From: Macrostomum lignano
Taxonomy: Eukaryota
Assembly: GCA_002269645.1 (NCBI GenBank)
Contig: NIVC01001497.1
Location: forward strand, 186,001-250,000
Direction of reading: 5' to 3'
Length of the DNA: 64,000 nt
A program made the translations under genes and the position numbers. Positions 56,150 through 64,000 of this stretch are shown in pieces (the stretch's first letter is position 1; every line of letters starts with the position of its first letter). The notes beneath the pieces were generated by a model. The model did no database searches and had not been told where the DNA came from. It saw only the letters and a list, made by a program, of their open reading frames with translations.

Positions 56150-57060
56150 GGATCATGAGATGCTGGGATCATGAGATGATATCATGTGATGCTGATAGCA
56201 TGTGATGCGAAGATCATGTGATGCTGATAGCATGTGATGTTGATAGCATGTGATGCTGATAGCATGTGATGCTGATAGCATGTGATGCTGATAGCATGTG
56301 ATGCTGATAGCATGTGATGCTGATAGCATGTGATGCTGATAGCATGTGATGCTGATAGCATGTGATGCTGATAGCATGTGATGCTGATAGCATGTGATGC
56401 TGATAGCATGTGATGTTGATAGCATGTGATTCTGATAGCATGTGATGCTGATAGCATGTGATGCTGATAGCATGTGATGCTAATAACATGTGATGCTAAT
56501 AACATGTGATGCTAATAACATGTGATGCTGATAACATGTGATGCTGATAGCATGTGATGTTGATAGCATGTGATTCTGATAGCATGTGATGCTGATAGCA
56601 TGTGATGCTGATAGCATGTGATGCTAATAACATGTGATGCTAATAACATGTGATGCTGATAGCATGTGATGCAGATATGATTTGACGCAGATTATGTGAT
56701 AGTGAAATCATGTGATGCTGAGATCATGTGAGGATGGGATCATGCAATGATGAGATCATATGATGCTGATAGCATGTGATGATGAGATCATGTGATGCTG
56801 ACAGCATGTGACGCTGATAGTGAAATCATGTGATGCTGAGATCATGTGATGCTGACAGCATGTGACGCTGATAGTGAAATCATGTGATGCTGAGATCATG
56901 TGATGCTGAGATCATGTGAGGATGAGATCATGTGAGGATGAGATCATGTGATGCAGATATGATTTGATGCAGATTATGCGATAGTGAGATCATGTGATGC
57001 CGAGATCATGTGATGCTGAGATCATGTGATGATGAAATAATGTGAATGATGTGATGCTTT
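56150..57060. repeat. 16-bp minisatellite (GCTGATAGCATGTGAT) with degenerate right half
   Basis: Direct; upstream of CDC40. Confidence 0.93.
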
Positions 57061-57558
57061 GGTCATGTGATTAAGTCAGGCTGTGATATTGTCAGTGACA
57101 CTAACTAAACGGCTACTTTGAGTATTAGAATAAGTTTAGGTAATTTAATTATTATGCACTAGCTTTTGTATGCAAAGATTTGAAAGAAAAAAGTAAAGCC
57201 AAAGAATTCTGCTATTCGTAGCCAATAACAGTAGCGATATAAGTATTTATATGCAATTAATATCAGGTATGAACTGCGCGGAATGGTTTCATTAAAAAAG
57301 CAAAAAAACATATTTAAGCAAATTAATACAGGTGCAGAAAAACCTTTAACCGATCCCCAGCCACCAGGTGAAAGTGTGCGGCAAGGAATACGAAAGTTTA
57401 AAAATACAGGATTAATAACCCTTGCCTAGCTGACATAGTATAGTTAGCAAGTAATCAGAAAGCAGGTAAAAATGAAGGACTAGAGATATACCGCAGGCGC
57501 ATGACATAATCAGGTACAGAATTGGCAGAGATGTTAATTTCAACTTTCACAGCAATGT

Positions 57559-57860
57559 TGGCCGTAGCCCAGTGGTTAAGCGCGGCGCTCTGATGCACCA
57601 GCGGCCCAGGCTCGATTCCAAGTGCAGTCACATTAATTTGGGGCTGAATTGGAATCTCGGCTTGGCTTTGCTTGTGCAATTAACGCTTTTGAGGACCAAC
57701 CCCCCCCAAGGCACAGTGAAGTGTACATGCCTAACGATAAATAAAGTTACGTGTGCCTGTGAGTGTGTGCCTGTGCGTATGACTGCGTACGTATCCGCGC
57801 GCTTGTGTGCCTGCTCAGGGGAGTCGGTGGAATGGGCAGCAATGCCTCTCGCCGGTTGTC
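57559..57860 (+). mobile_element. tRNA-derived SINE family 2
   Basis: Near-identical to 24761-25070. Confidence 0.85.
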
Positions 57861-58562
57861 CCATGCACTGGAATATTGCTAAACGAAAATTGAAAATTCC
57901 CAATAGCAGAATTTGTACAATTTAGTGGCACAATAAAAACAAACAATAAGGGTTAATTAATACATAAATTACAATCATTCTCATAATACCGTAAAAACCA
58001 CCTCAGAAGAAAGAAGAAACAAAGGCATACACAGTCTAAACGATTGAGTCCGTTTTTGTTAAACAGCACTGGCCCGACTTTGGCGATATGTAGCGAAAGT
58101 AATAAAAAACAAAGACAAAATTTTGGGGAGATTACACTGTTCAATTAGAAAAAAATCAATATAAAAACTACCTAGATTTTTAACGATAACTTTAAATTTA
58201 ACCAAGGCGTCTGACTTATCATAATTGAGCTGGTAACGATCTCCAAGATTCCAAAAGCATTGCATTGAAAAGCTGGACAGAATGGCAACAAAGAAAAAAA
58301 ATTGATAAATAGAAAAACAGAGAACGGAGAGCGGCGGTGCAATTCTGGGGTACTTTTTGATACTAATTTGATAAACAATTTTTATAACAAAGGTTGCCCA
58401 GCACCGCACAACAGGAGGAAAATAATTAAAAAATAAGATCTAGTCGCCAAATTATTGATCGATTGAAATAGACCGAACTGCAGATTTTGATGCGCTGAAT
58501 AACCAACAGCCAAGAATTTCGGCGACGAAGTCAATTCTGCTTTTCAGTCTGCTTGAGAAACT

Positions 58563-59956
58563 TCAGTCTTGATTTGCCTGCGCTTCGGCCCGTAGCTGCT
58601 CAATCTTCTTCATTGGCAGAGACTGCGGCACTTTGAATATTTGCTGAAAGTTAAAGCAATGCATTACATTCAATAATAATAATCATAATCATCATTATCA
58701 TTGACTACACCTGCCCCAATCGGGCCAGATGTGCAACCGACAGCTCAGCCGCAGCTATTGCGCGGCGCATCTGAAGCTGGGTTTATTTTTTGTGCGTAGA
58801 GTGTGCATATGCACCTTAAATTTAAAAATTGCACCCTGAAATTGAAATGTAGGTGCAGTTTAAGTGCAGTCTCATAACATATATTTCTATTAAAGCCTCA
58901 TCTGCACTGCTTTAAAATAAGAAAAAAATGCACTTTGAGCCTTAAAATTGCACTATGAAAGTGAGCATAGGGTGCGATTTTGCACCTTGTCTCTGGCAAA
59001 AAAGAAAACCCTGATCTGAAGGCTGCGTACGGCTGTTCAGTCCAAGGACTGGGGGGTCGCCACACACACCCTCAATTACCCCAGCTAATGCTGGCACCCA
59101 TTTTACAGCTGGGTGAACTGAAGCAATGCAGAGTTAAGTGTCTTGTTCAAGGACACAGATTGTTTCAGTGGGATCAGGAATCGAACCCCTGACCTTCAAG
59201 TCGTGAGTCCGACACTCTAACCACTAGGCTACAACCTTGTATGTCACTGAAATCAGTTACTAGTGTGTCACTGAAATAAGTCACTAGTGTGTCACTGAAA
59301 TCAGACGCCAGTGTGTCACTGAAATCAGTTACTCTTGTGTCACTGAAATCAATCACTAGTGGGTCACTGAAATCAGCCTCTAGTGTGCCACTGAAATCAG
59401 TTGCCAGTGTCACAACCTACTATTTTAGAAAGTAAGTTACAAAATGAAGCAAGGCATCTCACCGGAATGAAGGTGTGACAGTGCAGCACATTCCGGTCCT
59501 GCACCATCTGTTGGAAAACTTTAATCGCGCTGGGCAGGTCTCGACAACCCAGCAGGGCGTTCTGATTCAGATGGATCAGCGTCAGGGCTACGCGGAACAA
59601 CACTTTGGAGCCTTCGAAGAACAGCACGTCCCAGATGCGGTAGACGGTCTGTGGGAATTTACGAGCGTACAGTCACTGTTGTTTATCAGTTCTCATTCCC
59701 AGCTCCATTTCATATCTACCGCGAAAGCTATCTGTTGGCCAGGGGGGGGGGCTTGTCTTGCAATTCACACAAGACGCCAACCCTCAAGGCACAGAGTGTA
59801 CATGTACATGCTAGAATCAGGGCCGCGGTACAACCAAATGACTAACAAACAAACTAACTAACTGACTAACTAACTAACTAACTGACTAACTAACTAACTG
59901 ACTAACTAACTAACTGACTAACTAACTAACTGACTAACTAACTAACTGACTAACTG

Positions 59957-60015
<59 letters not shown>

Positions 60016-63000
60016 GACTAACTGACTAACTAACTAACTGACTAACTAACTAACTGACTAACTAACTAACTGACTGACTAACTAACTAACTGACTAACTA
60101 ACTGACTAACTAACTAACTAACTAACTAACTGACTAACTAACTGACTAACTAACTGACTAACTAACTGACTAACTAACTAACTAACTATCTGACTAACTA
60201 ACTAACTAACTAACTGACTAACTAACTGACTGACTGACAAACTAACTAACTGACTGACTAACTAACTAACTAACTGACAAACTAACTAACTGACTAACTA
60301 ACTGACTAACTGACTAACTAACTGACTAACTAACAGACTAACTAACTAACTAACTGACTAACTAACTGACTAACTAACTAACTGACTAACTGACTGACTA
60401 ACTAACTAACTGACTAACTAACTGACTGACAAACTAACTAACTGACAAACTAACTAACTGACTGACTAACTAACAGACTAACTAACTGACTAACTAACTG
60501 ACTAACTAACTAACTGACTAACTAACTGACTAACTGACAAACTAACTAACTGACTGACTAACTAACAGACTAACTAACTGACTAACTAACTGACTAACTA
60601 ACTAACTGACTAACTAACTGACTAACTGACTAACTGACTAACTAACTAACTGACTAACTGACTGACTGACAAACTAACTAACTGACTAACTAACTGACTA
60701 ACTGACTAACTGACTAACTAACTGACTAACTAACAGACTAACTAACAGACTAACTAACTAACTGACTAACTAACTGACTAACTAACTAACTGACTAACTG
60801 ACTGACTAACTAACTAACTGACTAACTAACTGACTGACAAACTAACTAACTGACAAACTAACTGACTGACTAACTAACTAACTGACTAACTAACAGACTA
60901 ACTAACTGACTAACTAACTGACTAACTAACTAACTGACTAACTAACTAACTGACTAACTAACTGACTAACTAACTAACTGACTGACTAACTAACTGACTA
61001 ACTAACTGACTAACTAACAGACTAACTAACAGACTAACTAACTGACTAACTAACTGACTAACTAACTGACTAACTGACTAACTAACTGACTAACTAACTG
61101 ACTAACTAACAGACTAACTAACTGACTAACTAACTAACTGACTAACTAACTGACTAACTAACTGACTGACTAACTAAATAACTAACTGACTGACTAACTA
61201 ACTGACAAACTAACTAACTGACTGACTAACTAACTAACTGACTAACTAACAGACTAACTAACTGACTAACTAACTAACTGACTAACTAACTGACTAACTA
61301 ACTGACTAACTGACTGACTAACTAACTAACTAACTAACTAACTGACTAACTGACTGACTGACTGACTAACTAACTAACTGACTGACTAAATAACTAACTG
61401 ACCAACGAACTAAACTATATAAATAACTAATTAACTACGAGCTACTACTGCTGTTGCAAAATCAACCCGCATACCCCATTGCAAATCTGCCAGCGGATTC
61501 TGCAATCATTTTAGCTAAAACACGCACCTCAACAGGCAGCACATCCGCGTAGAGGCAGATGAACCATTTAAGCGTCACCATGGGAAACGTGACGCCATAA
61601 TCTTTCATAAATTTGTGCACCTGAGGCAGTTTCTCTTGAACCAATCGGCCAAGCACGTAGCACTCAGCCTGGAAGCTGGCCATGCTGGGCTGATAGTAAC
61701 CGGGCAAAATTCGATTCACCAAAGTGTCCAACAGCCAGAAGGCTTTCTCTTCGTCTTTAACCACGAGTAGCATGAGCGCTGTTACGTAATTCAATCCCTG
61801 GCAATAACCAACTGCCGGATTCTTCTTGCCAAAGGCGTACAACACGTTAAATAGAGCTTGCATCTGCGACTCGCTGTTGCCAAATTCTTTAAAGTGCACA
61901 TTCTCCGGGAATGTTCTGTGCAGATCGAGTCGCACCTGCGGCGCGCAATAAAACTAAACATTTAATTAATCATTTCCTATATTGACACCTACTTATAGTA
62001 GTGTAAAATGTGTCGCGAGTTATTAAGAGTACATTGATGAAGCTGATACACAATAAAAGTGACGCTGTTAGTGAAAATAAAGGACGAGAAATATGAAATA
62101 CTTACGAGCAAATATGAAATTTATACTAATTGCTACAGCTTGATATTCAACGCGACACATTGGCCTTCGAGAGATAGTCAGTAAGCAAATCTATTACAAA
62201 ACAGCAGGAAATATGACTTATTAAGATAATTACACTTATAATTTATACACATATTACGGAGTCGCTAGTATGTCACTCAAATCTATAATGAGTCACTAGT
62301 GCGTCACTGAAATCTACTACATTGAGTCACTACTGTGTCACTGAAATCTACTATATTGAGTCACTAGTGCGTCACTGAAATCTACTACAGTGAGTCACTA
62401 GTGCGTCACTGAAATCTACTATATTGAGTCACTAGTGCGTCACTGAAATCTACTATATTGAGTCACTAGTGCGTCACTGAAATCTACTATATTGAGTCAC
62501 TAGTGCGTCACTGAAATCTACTACATTGAGTCACTAGTGCGTCACTGAAATCTACTATATTGAGTCACTAGTGCGTCACTGAAATCTACTATATTGAGTC
62601 ACTAGTGCGTCACTGAAATCTACTATATTGAGTCACTAGTGCGTCACTGAAATCTACTACAGTGAGTCACTAGTGCGTCACTGAAATCTACTATATTGAG
62701 TCACTAGTGCGTCACTGAAATCTACTATATTGAGTCACTAGTGCGTCACTGAAATCTACTATATTGAGTCACTAGTGCGTCACTGAAATCTACTACAGTG
62801 AGTCACTAGTGATTCACTGAAATCTACTATATTGAGTCACTAGTGCGTCACTGAAATCTACTATATTGAGTCACTAGTGCGTCACTGAAATCTACTATAT
62901 TGAGTCACTAGTGCGTCACTGAAATCTACTACATTGAGTCACTAGTGATTCACTGAAATCTACTATATTGAGTCACTAGTGCGTCACTGAAATCTACTAT

Positions 63001-63749
63001 ATTGAGTCACTAGTGATTCACTGAAATCTACTATATTGAGTCACTAGTGCGTCACTGAAATCTACTACATTGAGTCACTAGTGATTCACTGAAATCTACT
63101 ATATTGAGTCACTAGTGTGTCACTGAAATCTACTACATTGAGTCACTAGTGATTCACTGAAATCTACTACAGTGAGTCACTAGTGATTCACTGAAATCTA
63201 CTATATTGAGTCACTAGTGCGTCACTGAAATCTACTACAGTGAGTCACTAGTGATTCACTGAAATCTACTATATTGAGTCACTAGTGTGTCACTGAAATC
63301 TACTACAGTGAGTCACTAGTGCTTCACTGAAATCTACTATATTGAGTCACTAGTGTGTCACTGATGCATACAGATGTGTCACTAAAGCCTAACTGTACTT
63401 TAGCCAGTTGCTGCGGCGACATAAGCCGATGCCCTGCCAGACCCCAGCCGCTCACCTGATTGGCCACAGCATCATCCTCGGCCACATTGCCCAGCAGGGT
63501 TTTATAGTAACCAGGCCGCTCATTAAGCCTGCCCTGCGCCCCGGAGACCAGCATCCAGACATCGGAGCGCAATTCTCTCGGTATGCCTTTGCGAATGAAT
63601 CGTTTCAGCTTGCCGCTGCGACTCTGCAGCTCGGACTGGTTGAGGCTCTGCCAGCGGCCAGACCGCCTGTCCAGCACAGAGGCGTAGTCGCCAACAAATT
63701 CATTGAAAGCTCGTCGTTCATCGTCGGTCAGTTCGAAGCCGTAATCCAT
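58563..63749 (-). CDS. GRTP1: TBC-domain Rab-GAP, growth hormone-regulated TBC protein 1-like, 4 exons, at least 322 aa
   Basis: Exons 63749-63456, 61935-61528, 59648-59463, 58643-58563 (969 nt). DYGFE, LKRFIRKGIP, VRLDLHRTFP (Arg finger), GYCQGLNY (Gln finger), KWFICLYADVLPVETVYRIWDVLFFEG. The 5' end may extend further upstream. Confidence 0.88.
58671..59236 (-). mobile_element. SINE family 1, full-length copy interrupted by a MITE, GRTP1 intron 3
   Basis: Tail at 58671, head ending at 59236; body split at ATCTGAAG. Confidence 0.88.
58777..59013. mobile_element. hAT-type MITE, 237 bp, with 8-bp TSD
   Basis: ATCTGAAG duplicated at 58769-58776 and 59014-59021; imperfect TIRs CTGGGTTTATTTTTTG / CAAAAAAGAAAACCCTG; at least eight TGCAC/GTGCA internal motifs. 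Confidence 0.85.
59240..59410. repeat. About 24-bp repeat (GTGTCACTGAAATC core), GRTP1 intron 3
   Basis: About 7 units. Confidence 0.85.
59845..61400. repeat. (ACTA)n/(ACTG) compound microsatellite, GRTP1 intron 2
   Basis: Direct. Confidence 0.97.
62265..63380. repeat. 34-bp minisatellite (GTCACTAGTGCGTCACTGAAATCTACTATATTGA), GRTP1 intron 1
   Basis: About 32 copies. Confidence 0.96.
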
Positions 63750-64000
63750 GTGCTCTGAGGTTGTTTTTAATGCTAATCTATCAACTTTAATCTCGTGACC
63801 TATAAAATGCTTGATAGCTCGCCAATTGAAGTGTTTCATAACCTTGAAACTTCATAAAATTAATTAACATTTATTGGATTAGCCATCCACATTTGGGATA
63901 ATATAAATACATACATACACAAATCTGTTTATAGTATTGTACATTTCCCCTCATTTTCTCAACAATGGTAATCAATTAGCACCTTGAAGCTTCAAAATTA

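Overview
Eukaryotic (metazoan) genomic DNA. The GC-rich exons and minisatellite-filled introns resemble a free-living flatworm such as Macrostomum; this species assignment is an inference. Ten protein-coding genes were reconstructed by hand, with GT-AG junctions that keep the frame. Nine are on the minus strand in two head-to-tail runs: GRTP1-like > CDC40 > MORN3 > ALG3, and CFAP157 > Raw-like > YARS2 > SPRTN > M3 oligopeptidase. The tenth is a plus-strand calmodulin-like gene that the ORF track mostly misses. Mobile elements are a near-intact DD34D mariner, two tRNA-derived SINE families (one with a CORE-like domain) and a hAT-type MITE nested in a SINE. There is also a palindrome cluster and about 35 distinct tandem arrays. 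Main lead: SPRTN and an N-terminal mitochondrial-type presequence of the oligopeptidase both lack a genomic ATG, yet each begins exactly in frame at a strong 3' splice acceptor. This is what would be expected if the 3'-terminal AUG of the flatworm spliced leader (SL) supplies the start codon in operon-like transcripts. No database searches were run; all identifications come from motif recognition.
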